Part shown: positions 1 through 9,816 of the stretch, piece after piece | How positions within the stretch are numbered: the stretch's first letter is position 1 | How the letters are laid out: every line of letters starts with the position of its first letter | Source of the DNA: Candidatus Krumholzibacteriia bacterium | GTDB taxonomy: Bacteria > Krumholzibacteriota > Krumholzibacteriia > G020349025 | NCBI GenBank assembly: GCA_035649435.1 | Contig: DASRJO010000105.1 | Location: forward strand, 3,301-67,300 | DNA: 64,000 bases | Direction: 5' to 3' | Notes under the pieces: generated by a model | The model's database searches: none | Seen by the model: only the letters and a program-made list of their open reading frames with translations | Told to the model about the DNA's origin: nothing | Made by a program: the position numbers and the translations under genes

Positions 1-774
1 CTGGTGGCGCGAGAGAATGGGATTCGCTTGCTGGGAACACGCAGCGAACGCGATCACACCGACGCCATGCGTGCATACGCGCGCCGCAAAATGAAGGAGC
101 TCGAGCGCCTCGATCTTTCGGGCTACATCCTGAAGAAGGATTCGCCCAGCTGTGGCATGGCGCGTGTGCGCTTGTACACCGACACCGGTCCGGCGACGCG
201 CACCGGTGTCGGTCTGTACGCTGCGGCGCTACTGGCCGCCTTCCCCGACCTGCCCGTCGAGGAGGAAGGACGTCTGTTGGATGCGCGCCTGCGCGAGAAT
301 TTCGTCGAACGCGTGTTCGCCTATCGCCGGGTGCAGAACCTCTTCGCGGCCCGGTGGACGATGGGAGAATTGGTTCGCTTTCACACGGCGGAAAAGTTGC
401 TCCACCTGGCGCACGATCCAGCCACCTACACGGCTCTCGGGCGCTTGGTGGCCACAGCGCGTGGGCGCGAACGACGGTCGTTAGCAGCCACCTATCGCCG
501 TACCTGCATGCAGGGACTCGCCAAGCTGGCCACGGTGCGCAAGAATGTCAATGTACTGCAACACATCCAGGGCTACTTCAAGAAGTGCGCGAGCGAGGCG
601 GACCGGCGCGAGTTGCAAGGGATCATCGAGGATTTCGGCAAAGGTCTCGTGCCGCTCGTCGTCCCCATCACCCTGATCCGGCATTTGGCACGTCGTTACG
701 AGGTCAGCTATCTCGTCGGGCAGACGTATCTCGAGCCGCATCCCAAGGAGCTCATGCTGCGCAATCACGGTTGA
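1..774 (+). CDS. DUF1722 (YbgA-like, probably DUF523-DUF1722) protein, 5'-truncated by window edge
   Basis: The frame is open from nt 1 to the stop at 772-774. The product (LKKDSPSCGM, FVERVFAYRR, HTAEKLLHLAHDP, LQHIQGYFKK) resembles the YbgA/DUF1722 family by eye. The N-terminus lies outside the window. Confidence 0.65.
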   Translation: MVARENGIRLLGTRSERDHTDAMRAYARRKMKELERLDLSGYILKKDSPSCGMARVRLYTDTGPATRTGVGLYAAALLAAFPDLPVEEEGRLLDARLRENFVERVFAYRRVQNLFAARWTMGELVRFHTAEKLLHLAHDPATYTALGRLVATARGRERRSLAATYRRTCMQGLAKLATVRKNVNVLQHIQGYFKKCASEADRRELQGIIEDFGKGLVPLVVPITLIRHLARRYEVSYLVGQTYLEPHPKELMLRNHG

Positions 775-890
775 GGGAAAGCGGGAACTCGAGGTGCAGG
801 CATCGCGGCGTGACTGCTAGAATGCCACGGCGATCGTCGCCGGCATTGCCGGTCGGGAGCAGTGGGATCGAGAAACGGACGGAGAGCTCG

Positions 891-2345
891 ATGCGCGCGG
901 ATGAAGTGCTCGATCGCGCCGCGGCGCGCTGCCGAGAGCGCCAGGTTCGCATCCCGACCTTCGCGCAGATGCGCAACCCGAGCCTCGTTCCGGAGGTGGT
1001 GCGGCGGGGGTTGCGCCAGGTCGGTCTCCATGACATCGATCCGCTCAACCTCTTTCGCATCACATGGAAGAACGAGCCCGTCGAAAAGGGAGGCCTCTTC
1101 CACACCGGCAACTGGGTCGAATTCCCGAAGGCTCTGACCGGCGTCGATGCGCGCATCATCGGCCTGGTCGGCAAGTGGTTCCCGACCGGAGCGCACAAGG
1201 TGGGAGCGGGTTTCGGTTGCCTGGTGCCACGCTTGGTCGCGGGGCAATTCGATCCGACGGCGCACAAGGCGGTGTGGCCTTCGACGGGAAACTTCTGTCG
1301 CGGCGGCGCCTTCGATTGCGCGCTTCTCGGCTGCGATGCCGTCGCCATCCTGCCGGAAGAAATGAGCCGTGAGCGCTTCGAGTGGCTGCGTCGACTCGGC
1401 GCCGAAGTCATCACGACACCGGGCGGCGAATCCAACGTCAAGGAGATCTACGACGCCTGCTGGGAGATTCGGCGCACGCGGCCGGACTGCGTCATCTTCA
1501 ATCAGTTCGAAGAATTCGGCAATGCAGTCTGGCACTATCACGTGACGGGCGAGGCCGTCGACCAAATCTTCCGCGCCGTGGCGCGGCCGGGGGATCGGCT
1601 CGCGGCTTTCGTCGCCGCCACGGGCTCGGGGGGAACCATCGCCGCCGGAGACTTCCTGCACACGCATCATCCGCAGCTCCGCACCGTGGCCGCCGAGGCC
1701 TTGCAGTGCCCGACGCTGTTGCAATGCGGCTACGGCGAGCACCGCATCGAGGGCATCGGCGACAAGCACATTCCCTGGATTCTCAATGTACGCAGCACCG
1801 ATGTCGTCGTCGCCGTGGACGATGCGCAATGCCTGGCGTTGATGCGCTTGTTCAACGAGCCGGAAGGGCACTGCTTCCTGGCGGGGGAAGGTGTGGACGC
1901 GGCGTGGCTGCCGCAGTTGGCGCTGCTCGGCATTTCGGGCATTTGCAATCTTGTCGCCAGCATCAAGACCGCACGCATGTTCGAACTCTCGTCGCATGAC
2001 GTGCTGTTCACGTGCCTCACCGACTCGATGGATCTCTACCACAGTCGCGTGCACGAGCAACGCGAGGCGCAGGGTCCCTACAGCAGCATGTTGGCGGCCC
2101 GGAACTTCGCTCGCCATCTGCAGGCCATCAGCACCGACTCCATGCGCGAGCTCAGCTATGCCGACCGCAAGGCGCTGCATCATCTCAAGTACTTCACCTG
2201 GGTCGAGCAGCAGCAGAAGAGCGCACGTGACCTCGATCGGCTGTGGGATCCGGAGTTCTGGGACCAGACCTACCGCCAAGTCGACGAGTGGGATCGTGCG
2301 ATCGTCGCCTTCAACCAGCGTGTGGGCCTCGATCGAGGGGCCTGA
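891..2345 (+). CDS. Fold-type II PLP-dependent enzyme (cysteine synthase / Trp-synthase-beta-like superfamily)
   Basis: ATG 891 is preceded by GGAG. It has a putative PLP-lysine segment FPTGAHKVGAGF and a glycine loop ATGSGGTIAAG. The upstream part of the 354..2345 ORF is Arg/Gly-rich and overlaps gene 1, so it is rejected as coding. Confidence 0.7.
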   Translation: MRADEVLDRAAARCRERQVRIPTFAQMRNPSLVPEVVRRGLRQVGLHDIDPLNLFRITWKNEPVEKGGLFHTGNWVEFPKALTGVDARIIGLVGKWFPTGAHKVGAGFGCLVPRLVAGQFDPTAHKAVWPSTGNFCRGGAFDCALLGCDAVAILPEEMSRERFEWLRRLGAEVITTPGGESNVKEIYDACWEIRRTRPDCVIFNQFEEFGNAVWHYHVTGEAVDQIFRAVARPGDRLAAFVAATGSGGTIAAGDFLHTHHPQLRTVAAEALQCPTLLQCGYGEHRIEGIGDKHIPWILNVRSTDVVVAVDDAQCLALMRLFNEPEGHCFLAGEGVDAAWLPQLALLGISGICNLVASIKTARMFELSSHDVLFTCLTDSMDLYHSRVHEQREAQGPYSSMLAARNFARHLQAISTDSMRELSYADRKALHHLKYFTWVEQQQKSARDLDRLWDPEFWDQTYRQVDEWDRAIVAFNQRVGLDRGA

Positions 2346-2348
2346 GGG

Positions 2349-3719
2349 ATGTCGCGGGTCCAGGGGTCGAAGGGGAAGGTCGAGATGGCCAAGCCGACGC
2401 CACGAGTCGAGGGGCGGTCGGCGCGGGTCGAAGGGCAGCAACGTGTGGCACGGGTGACGACGAGCGCGCGGCTCGGGACCCTTCTCGCGCTCTGCTCCGT
2501 CGTCCTTTCGTTCGCCGCGGTCGAGGCGCTCGTGCGCCTCGCCAAGCCCGACCTCTCCATTCCGCAAGCGAGTGGACATTTCCGTTTCACCCAGAGCTTC
2601 GAGTTCGAGCTCCCACACCACCTGCGTGACCCGGTTCTCGGCTGGAGACTGCAGCCCGGCATCTATGGCTCGATGCGGATCAACAGCCTCGGCTTCCGCG
2701 GTCCCGAGTGGCGGACCGGCAAGTCGGCGACCAAGCGCATCGCGCACCTGGGCGATTCGTCGACGATGGGGTTCACGATCGCGGACGACGGCGAGATCTA
2801 TGCCGCGCTCTTGCCGCGACTGGTGCAACGGGATGGGTTGGAGCTCGAGGCGCTCAACTTCGGTGTCGACGGCTACTCTTCGTATCAAGGACGGATCCTG
2901 CTCGAGCAGGTGCTCGGAGACTTCGCCCCAGATTACGTGACGATCTATTTTGGCTACAACGATCACCATTTTTCCAATGCCAGCGATCGGGAGACGCGCT
3001 TCTCGACGCCTGGGATCCTGCGGGCGCTCGAACACAGCCATGCGTATCGCTTGATGCGCCGGCACCTGCTGCGCTGGACGCGCCGCGAGGCCGATCTGCG
3101 CGAGCCGACCTTGCGCGTCGATCTGGAGAGCTTCGAATCCAACGTGCGGGCGATGGTGGAGGCGGCGCGTGTGCGTGGTGCGGTGCCGATCCTGATGACG
3201 ACGCCGCTCCGGCCAGGCGTGCCCTTGGTCGAGAACGAAGTGCGCATCGAGCGCGACGGCAAGCCGGCATGGGTGACACAGGATTGGTGGGTGACGAACG
3301 AGCTTCGCCAGCGTGGACTCGAACTCGAAGGCGCGGCGGGGTCGGAAGATCTTCGGCGCTTCTTGGTCGATGCGCTGCAGGCGCATCCGGATTGGGCGTA
3401 CTTGCACTTCTTGCAGGCGCGCGAGCTCGAGCGTGCCGGGGATCCCCAGGGAGCTCGGGCGGCGCTCGGGCGCGTGGCGCTGCACGATCGCGAGCGCAGC
3501 GTCCTCGATCAGTACAACGAGCGCGTGCGCAGCGTGGCGCGAAGCCTGCACACGGAGCTCGTCGACATCGCACGCATGTGCGAGGCGCGGCCGTCGCCGC
3601 ATCTGTTCAACGACGTCGTCCACCCGAGCCCGGCTGGGCACAAGCTGATCGCGCAAGCGCTCGCCGAGGCGCTGCTGCGCCTCGAAGGCCGCAAGCCCAG
3701 CAGGCCGGAAGAAGGCTGA
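2349..3719 (+). CDS. SGNH/GDSL-family hydrolase with N-terminal membrane/signal segment
   Basis: Block I is HLGDSSTMGF, followed by FGVDGYSS and GYND, and block V is NDVVHPSPAGH (DxxH). A hydrophobic N-segment reads LGTLLALCSVVLSFAAV. It starts 4 nt after the previous stop. An alternative start is M at 2385. Confidence 0.8.
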   Translation: MSRVQGSKGKVEMAKPTPRVEGRSARVEGQQRVARVTTSARLGTLLALCSVVLSFAAVEALVRLAKPDLSIPQASGHFRFTQSFEFELPHHLRDPVLGWRLQPGIYGSMRINSLGFRGPEWRTGKSATKRIAHLGDSSTMGFTIADDGEIYAALLPRLVQRDGLELEALNFGVDGYSSYQGRILLEQVLGDFAPDYVTIYFGYNDHHFSNASDRETRFSTPGILRALEHSHAYRLMRRHLLRWTRREADLREPTLRVDLESFESNVRAMVEAARVRGAVPILMTTPLRPGVPLVENEVRIERDGKPAWVTQDWWVTNELRQRGLELEGAAGSEDLRRFLVDALQAHPDWAYLHFLQARELERAGDPQGARAALGRVALHDRERSVLDQYNERVRSVARSLHTELVDIARMCEARPSPHLFNDVVHPSPAGHKLIAQALAEALLRLEGRKPSRPEEG

Positions 3720-3724
3720 GCGGC

Positions 3725-4669
3725 GTGCCCGAGCTGCCGGATGTGATGCTCTACATCGAACGGCTCGAGCCGCGCGTCCTCGGCCAGACCTTGCAGCGCG
3801 CGCGGCTCGCAAGCCCATTCCTGTTACGCACGGTCGAGCCACCGCTGCGCAACGCCGAGGGCAAGCGCGTCCTCGGGCTTCGCCGTCTCGGCAAGCGCAT
3901 CGTGTTCGGGCTCGAGGACGAGATCTTCCTCGTGCTGCATCTCATGATCGCGGGCAGGCTGCGCTGGCGCGACCTCGGCGAACCAGTGCCGCGCAAGCGC
4001 GGGCTCGCCGCGTTCGATTTTGCGAGCGGCACGCTCCTTCTCACGGAAGCGAGCACGAAGAAGCGTGCGTCGCTCCACGTCGTGCGCGGGGAAGCGGGGC
4101 TCGCTGCGCTCGATCCCGGCGGTTTGGAAGTCCTGGAGGCCGATGCCGCCGCGTTCGCGGTGGCGCTTCGGCGCGAGAACCGCACGCTCAAGCGCGTGCT
4201 CACCGATCCGCGTCTGCTGAGCGGCATCGGCAATGCGTACTCCGACGAGATCCTGCACCGCGCCCGCATGTCACCGCTGCAGCGCACGCAGAATCTCGAC
4301 GACGCAGGCGTAGCGCGCTTGCACCACGCGACACAGGAAACGCTACGAGAATGGTTGCAGAAGCTGCGCCAGGAAACCGGCGATGCGTTTCCGGAGAAAG
4401 TCACGGCGTTTCGTCCCGGCATGGCGGTGCACGGGCGCTATCGCGAGCCGTGCCCGGTGTGTGGCAACCCCGTGCAGCGCATCGTCTACGCCGAGAACGA
4501 GTGCAACTATTGCGCGACCTGTCAGACGGATGGCAAGCTGCTGGCGGATCGCGCCCTGTCGCGCCTGCTGCGCGAGGATTGGCCGCGAACCTTGGACGAG
4601 CTGGAAGAGATGAAGAGCGAGCGGCTGCAGAGCAGCGCGGAGCGCCTGAACGATTCGCCAGGGAAGTGA
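3725..4669 (+). CDS. Fpg/Nei-family DNA glycosylase / AP lyase
   Basis: GTG 3725 gives M-PELPDV (catalytic N-terminal Pro-Glu). There is an H2TH motif LLSGIGNAYSDEILHRARMSP and a C-terminal zinc finger CPVCGNPV...CNYCATCQ. The rest of the long 2708..4669 ORF is overlap junk. Confidence 0.85.
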   Translation: MPELPDVMLYIERLEPRVLGQTLQRARLASPFLLRTVEPPLRNAEGKRVLGLRRLGKRIVFGLEDEIFLVLHLMIAGRLRWRDLGEPVPRKRGLAAFDFASGTLLLTEASTKKRASLHVVRGEAGLAALDPGGLEVLEADAAAFAVALRRENRTLKRVLTDPRLLSGIGNAYSDEILHRARMSPLQRTQNLDDAGVARLHHATQETLREWLQKLRQETGDAFPEKVTAFRPGMAVHGRYREPCPVCGNPVQRIVYAENECNYCATCQTDGKLLADRALSRLLREDWPRTLDELEEMKSERLQSSAERLNDSPGK

Positions 4670-4672
4670 AAG

Positions 4673-6328
4673 ATGGGCTCCGGCATGAGCGGCGCGGACA
4701 GATGGCGGCTCGCCGTGCTGCTGCTCGGTGCCGGGGCACTGCTGTTCATCGGATGGAAGCTGCTCTGGTTCCTGACCGACGACGCCTTCATCACGTTCCG
4801 CTATGTGAGCAACAGCGTTCTCGGCCACGGCTACGTGTGGAACGCGGCTCCGTTTCGCCCGGTCGAAGGTTACTCGAGCTTCCTCTGGGTGTTGATTCTC
4901 GATGGCGTGTGGCGTCTCACCGGATGGCAGCCGCCCGAGGTGGCGAACTTCATCGCGCTAGGGTGCTCGTTTCTCTCCCTCGTCCTCGCTGCGGTCTTGG
5001 TGCTCCGGCTGCGCTGGCGGCAGGAACTGCTTGCTTGGCGCTTCGTCCTCGCCGGCTTGGTGCTCCTGGGTCTCGTCACCAACCGCACGTTCCTCACATG
5101 GTCGAGCTCGGGGTTCGAGACAGCGCTGTTCAACCTCCTCGTCTTCGCATGGCTCGCCGTCGGCGTCGGTGCGAGTCCCATGCGGCCGAGGGGTGCCCTT
5201 GCCTTGTCGACTCTGGCTGCGTGCCTGCACCTTGCGAGACCAGAAGGGGTGCTCTTCGCCGGCGCCACGATCGCCATGTTCGCCTCCCGAGATCTGGCGC
5301 CGTGGCGATCGCCGCGTGCTCTGGCTGCATGCACGCCGCTGCTCGTGATCCCCATCCATTTCTTGTGGCGTCACTCTTTCTACGGCGAGTGGCTGCCGAA
5401 TACGTATTACGCCAAGATCGTCGGTGCCTGGCCCGCGAGCGGCGCACGCTATGCGCTGTCCTTCGTGCTCGAGTACGCCTTGTGGGTTCCCTTGGTGGTG
5501 ATGCTCGTCGCGGCGGCAACACAAAAGCGCGTGACGACGGGGCGCATGGCTTCGCCATCCATGATGGCGTGGATCTGTGTCCTCACCCTGGTCGCACACG
5601 TCTCGTATTACACATTCATCGTCGGCGGCGATCATTTCGAGTATCGCGTCTACAGTCACTTGCTGGCTCCTGGCTTCGTGGCCCTGGTGTGGCTCGCGAA
5701 CCAATCCGGGTTGCGCGGGCGCACCATCGCATTTCTCTTCGCGGCCCAGATTGCGCTCGCGCTGCCGCTGCCATGGCACCACTGGGCGCTCACACGTCAC
5801 CTCGAAACACGCGAAACCACACGGCGCATGCGCGTCGCGGTCGCGCCGCATTGGCCACCCGTGCTGCGGGAGTACGCCCGACTCTTCGATGGCCTGCAAG
5901 CCTGGCTGATCGAGCATTGGGTGTGCGTGCGGCACCAAGAGCACAAGGTGAACCAAGAGTATCTCGTGACGCTCTACCCCTCGCGTGCCGAAGGGGAGCA
6001 GCTGCCGGCCGACGGCTTCCCGGTGCACGCCTTCCAAGCCGTGGGCGTGGCCTCGTGGACGTTGCCGCACGTCAACGTCATCGATCTCTTGGGGCTCAAC
6101 GACTGGGTCATCGCCAGGACTCCCGTGGATGTGACGCGATTTCGCGGCATGGCGCACGAACGCCGGGCGCCCGAGGGCTACGCCGATTGCTTCGAACCCA
6201 ATGTGTTTCTGGCACCCGATGGAGGAGTCCAGATCGCAGTGCGGCCCACGGCGATGAACGCCGGCGTCATCGAGGAATGCGAAGGGACCTGGAGAGAGCG
6301 AGTGCGCGCCTCACGATCCGGGCCCTGA
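4673..6328 (+). CDS. Polytopic membrane protein, probable GT-C-fold glycosyltransferase
   Basis: 551 aa with many hydrophobic helices. The first-loop acidic motif LTDDAFITFRY is of the kind seen in GT-C arabinofuranosyl/mannosyl transferases. It starts 4 nt after the fpg-like stop. The substrate is unknown. Confidence 0.5.
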   Translation: MGSGMSGADRWRLAVLLLGAGALLFIGWKLLWFLTDDAFITFRYVSNSVLGHGYVWNAAPFRPVEGYSSFLWVLILDGVWRLTGWQPPEVANFIALGCSFLSLVLAAVLVLRLRWRQELLAWRFVLAGLVLLGLVTNRTFLTWSSSGFETALFNLLVFAWLAVGVGASPMRPRGALALSTLAACLHLARPEGVLFAGATIAMFASRDLAPWRSPRALAACTPLLVIPIHFLWRHSFYGEWLPNTYYAKIVGAWPASGARYALSFVLEYALWVPLVVMLVAAATQKRVTTGRMASPSMMAWICVLTLVAHVSYYTFIVGGDHFEYRVYSHLLAPGFVALVWLANQSGLRGRTIAFLFAAQIALALPLPWHHWALTRHLETRETTRRMRVAVAPHWPPVLREYARLFDGLQAWLIEHWVCVRHQEHKVNQEYLVTLYPSRAEGEQLPADGFPVHAFQAVGVASWTLPHVNVIDLLGLNDWVIARTPVDVTRFRGMAHERRAPEGYADCFEPNVFLAPDGGVQIAVRPTAMNAGVIEECEGTWRERVRASRSGP

Positions 6329-6340
6329 AGCGAGCGGGCA

Positions 6341-7195
6341 TCACACGGCGGCAAAGACGTGGGCATGATCGGCCACGAACTGCGCGAACGTCCGTGCCGG
6401 AGTGCCGGTCACATCCTCGATCACACGCGTCGTCGTGGATGCATGACCGGCGGCGAAAATGCCGAAGAAGCCGACGAGAGCGTCGGCCAGCCACGCCGGC
6501 ATGCCACCGGCGACGAACCACTTTTCAGCATCGCTCGGGGAGACGTCGACATAGGTGATCGCGCGTCCGGTGACCTCTCCAATCCGAGCAGCGATGTCGT
6601 GGAAGGAAAGTGCCTCGGGGCCGGTGATTTCGTAGACCTTGCCTTCGTGGCCGCTCTGCGTCAAGACACAGGCCGCAACCGCTGCGATGTCGCGCGTATC
6701 CACGAGACCGATGCGGCCGTCGCGCATCGGGGCGTGAAGCGCGCCGCGTGCGGCGATGCTGGGGGCAAAGCCGAGCGTGTTCTGCATGAAGTAGTGCGGA
6801 CGCAAGTGCGTCCACGCCATGCCGGACTTTTCGATCTGCTTTTCGGTCTGCCCGTGCCAGCGCGCGATCGACTGCGATGCGTCCAGACCGGCGCCGAGCA
6901 CCGAGAGCTTGACCACGTGGTGCACACCGGCGCGCTGCGCGGCATCGACTGCATGACCTTGTTGCTCGACCTGCCGCGGATCCACCGGCGTGAGGAGAAA
7001 AAGGCGATCCACGCCGTCCAACGCCCGTACGAGCGTCTCCGGACGATCGAGATCGCCGACCGCGATCTCCACACCCGGGAGTCTGGCCGCCTTGCCGGCA
7101 TCGCGCACGAATGCGCGCACTGGAACACCTGTGGCGGCGAGCTGCCGGACGACTTCGCTTCCCGTTATTCCGGTCGCACCAGTAACGAGAATCAA
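6341..7195 (-). CDS. NmrA-like atypical SDR, NAD(P)-binding protein
   Basis: TTG at 7195 is preceded by GGGAGG with a 5-nt spacer and yields (M)ILVTGATGITGSEVVRQL, a Rossmann motif. It is NmrA-like over its full length. The longer 7279 start has an Arg-rich leader and no SD. Confidence 0.8.
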   Translation of the reverse strand: MILVTGATGITGSEVVRQLAATGVPVRAFVRDAGKAARLPGVEIAVGDLDRPETLVRALDGVDRLFLLTPVDPRQVEQQGHAVDAAQRAGVHHVVKLSVLGAGLDASQSIARWHGQTEKQIEKSGMAWTHLRPHYFMQNTLGFAPSIAARGALHAPMRDGRIGLVDTRDIAAVAACVLTQSGHEGKVYEITGPEALSFHDIAARIGEVTGRAITYVDVSPSDAEKWFVAGGMPAWLADALVGFFGIFAAGHASTTTRVIEDVTGTPARTFAQFVADHAHVFAAV

Positions 7196-7404
7196 GGTCG
7201 CCTCCCATCGGAATGGAACGCTCCCTGCAGAAAACTGACGAACGGTGCGACGGTACCTCACTTTGCGCGTGCGGCGCAAGATGTCGCCGCACGATGTGCA
7301 GAATCAGGCTCCAGATGATGCGATGGCGCTCGATGATGCAATGACTGCATCGGGCAGAGTCTCGACGCCCTGACCGATTGCGAGCGCGGCAAGCGACTGG
7401 GGCT

Positions 7405-8544
7405 TCACTCGAAGCGGAAGACGCGGGTGGCGAGAACGAAAAGGATCACGCTCGCGACACACATGCCGAGCACGTGGGGCAAGACGGCGGTCGGCGCGGC
7501 GCCGAAGCTCACGAGCTGGTGCATGCCGTCCATGGCCCAGCCGGTGGGCAGGAAGAGCTGCAGCTTCTGCATCCACTTCGGTGTGATCTCGATCGGCCAC
7601 CAGCAGCCGCCGAGCGCGGCCAGGACGTTCGTGGCGACGACGCCGATGGCGACGGCTTGGCCTTCGCTGCGCGCGAGGCTGCCGAGCAGGATGCCGAGCG
7701 TCGCCGTGAGCGTGGCGTAGGCGAGCATCAACACCACGACCATCCAGAAGTTCGGTCCCCAGTTCATCTTGAAGAGCACGGTGCCCGCCAGCATGCCGAA
7801 GGCGATCTGCACCACGCCGATTCCCATCTTGCCGCTCCACTTGCCGAGCACGATCGCGGGCCGGGAGATCGGCGTGTAGGCGAGCCGGCGCAGCAGGCCT
7901 TGCCGGCGTTCGGTGAACAACAGCACGGCGCCGCTGGTGCAGAGAATGGACAGCACGAACATCACCAGGATGCCGGGAATGGCCTGCTCGAAACCCGTCG
8001 GCACGCGCCGGAGTTTGCCCGCGGGCGTGGTCTCGACCTGCAAGGTGCGCGGCAAGGAATCGAGCCGGGCAATGCTCGCCGGCGTGGGCGCGAGACCCTG
8101 TTCGCCGGTCACGATGACGTCGGCGAGCAGCGTGTAGGCGGCGCGCCCAATGCGCACGCGGTCGTAGTCGTTGCCGAGGCCGCTCTCTTCGCGGGCGAAG
8201 CGCAGCTTCACCGGCTTGCCGGCGAGGACGGAGTCCGTGAAGCCGGACGGGATACTCAGCCGGCGCGACGCGGCGTCGAACTCCGCCGTGGTCCCGGGCC
8301 GCGTGATTCCGTAGCGCCGGTCCTCGAGCCGGTGTTGCAGCTGATCGCCGAGGAAGCCGGTGTCGCCGTCCGACCACAGCGCCAGGCGATCCTGGCTGCC
8401 GCCACGGCTGCCGAAGTTCGACGTCACGGTGCCGATGAAATAGAAGAACACGATCGGCATGACGAACATCCAGCCGATGGACTCGCGCTCGCGCAGCATG
8501 TACTGCACGTCCTTGCGTCCGAGGAACCACACGTGACGCAGCAT
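7405..8544 (-). CDS. ABC-2 type transporter permease
   Basis: It starts at MLRHVWFLGRKDV, 2 nt after the upstream permease stop. One N-terminal TM and a large extracytoplasmic loop are followed by a C-terminal cluster of about 5 TM helices, as is typical for ABC-2 permeases. Confidence 0.8.
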   Translation of the reverse strand: MLRHVWFLGRKDVQYMLRERESIGWMFVMPIVFFYFIGTVTSNFGSRGGSQDRLALWSDGDTGFLGDQLQHRLEDRRYGITRPGTTAEFDAASRRLSIPSGFTDSVLAGKPVKLRFAREESGLGNDYDRVRIGRAAYTLLADVIVTGEQGLAPTPASIARLDSLPRTLQVETTPAGKLRRVPTGFEQAIPGILVMFVLSILCTSGAVLLFTERRQGLLRRLAYTPISRPAIVLGKWSGKMGIGVVQIAFGMLAGTVLFKMNWGPNFWMVVVLMLAYATLTATLGILLGSLARSEGQAVAIGVVATNVLAALGGCWWPIEITPKWMQKLQLFLPTGWAMDGMHQLVSFGAAPTAVLPHVLGMCVASVILFVLATRVFRFE

Positions 8545-8546
8545 CT

Positions 8547-9800
8547 TCACCCCTGGGCGAAGCCCCGCCGCAACCGGCGGGCGCAGACGAGGAACAACAC
8601 GACGCCGACGCCGGCCAGAAGGGCGATGGCGTTTCCGAGCGCCGCCGGCCGGACCGTGCCGTTCAAGATGTTCTCGAGCTGTTGCACCGACCAGCCGTTC
8701 GGCGTGTGACGGCCGATCTTCGCCATCCATTCCGGCATGGCTTCGAAGGGAAAGAAGCTGCCGCCGATCATCATGAGCGGGAAGATGAGCCCCATGCTCA
8801 CGATGTTGCCGGCGCGCTGTGTGCGGACGTGCAGTTGAATCACCATCATCGCGAGCAGCAGGACGGCACCGGAGAACATCACCCAGAGGGTTGCGAGCGG
8901 CAGCGCGGATGGGGCGAGATGAAAGTAAAGGAACGCGATGGTGAGCGACACGAAGCCCGTGGCGCCCATCAATGCCGTGCCGTAGATCGCCTTGCCGCCG
9001 AGGAACTCCGTCACCGAGCGCGGCGACACCACGAGCCGGCGCAAGGTCATCTGACTGCGCTCACGCCAGAGGTCTTCGCTCACGCCCTGCGCCATGAACA
9101 GCAGCGACATGTACAGGAGACCTGGCAAGAAGTAGAGGGCGAAGCTCTTGGGCGGGCCGGCAGCCTTTTCCTTTTCCTCTTCGTCCGTCGTCGTTTCGAG
9201 CTGGATCACGAGCGGGTCGACGTAGCTGTTGACACGACCGACGAGCTCGTTGATGTGGACGCTGGTGGAGATGATCTGCGCGTTGGGGAATGTGTCGAGG
9301 CCGGGGGCCGGGCCGCCGGCCAATGCGCGCAAGTCATCGCCCAGCACGCGATGCAAGTAGAATGCGGCGTCGGCGAAGATCGCCAGAGTTTCTTCGACGA
9401 TGCCGGGGAGGATCCGCTGCGCCGGATTGGTGACGAGACGCAACGTGCAGGGTTCTTCGCGCAGCACGGCATCGGAGAATCCGGCTGGGATGACCAGGAG
9501 TGCAGTGGCTTCGCCGCGCTCGACGCGCTTGCGCCCGGCTTCGAGCTGCACCACCTCGGCGCGGATGAAGCTGCCGGCAGCTTCCTGACTCAATCCACCG
9601 AGGAGGAGATTGCTGAGGGTGCTGTCGTCCTGATCCACGACCAGGAGATGCGCCTGGGGCTTCGGCCCACCCCTGCCGCCCGTGGAGGCGACGACGAGCG
9701 CGCCGATGACGAGCGGGATGCCGAGCCAGAGCACGAACTCGACCGGTTGGCGGCGCTGCCGGTGGAAATCTTTGAGCGCGGTGCGCCAGAGGAAAGTCAT
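8547..9800 (-). CDS. ABC-2 type transporter permease (paralog)
   Basis: It has the same architecture as the neighbour (N-terminal TM, loop, C-terminal TM bundle). It lies 16 nt downstream of the ATPase gene. Confidence 0.8.
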   Translation of the reverse strand: MTFLWRTALKDFHRQRRQPVEFVLWLGIPLVIGALVVASTGGRGGPKPQAHLLVVDQDDSTLSNLLLGGLSQEAAGSFIRAEVVQLEAGRKRVERGEATALLVIPAGFSDAVLREEPCTLRLVTNPAQRILPGIVEETLAIFADAAFYLHRVLGDDLRALAGGPAPGLDTFPNAQIISTSVHINELVGRVNSYVDPLVIQLETTTDEEEKEKAAGPPKSFALYFLPGLLYMSLLFMAQGVSEDLWRERSQMTLRRLVVSPRSVTEFLGGKAIYGTALMGATGFVSLTIAFLYFHLAPSALPLATLWVMFSGAVLLLAMMVIQLHVRTQRAGNIVSMGLIFPLMMIGGSFFPFEAMPEWMAKIGRHTPNGWSVQQLENILNGTVRPAALGNAIALLAGVGVVLFLVCARRLRRGFAQG

Positions 9801-9816
9801 CGCTGCTCCGAAGCCG

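Noticed and set aside
765-3842. 1025-aa ORF on the minus strand
   Set aside because: It runs antisense to three genes with clear family motifs (PLP enzyme, SGNH hydrolase, Fpg). Its product is Arg/Ala/Pro-rich low complexity, as expected for a GC-rich shadow frame.
4351-6558. 735-aa plus-strand ORF overlapping the fpg-like and GT-C genes in another frame
   Set aside because: The translation is Arg-rich junk. The alternative frames give a zinc-finger Fpg C-terminus and a coherent polytopic membrane protein.
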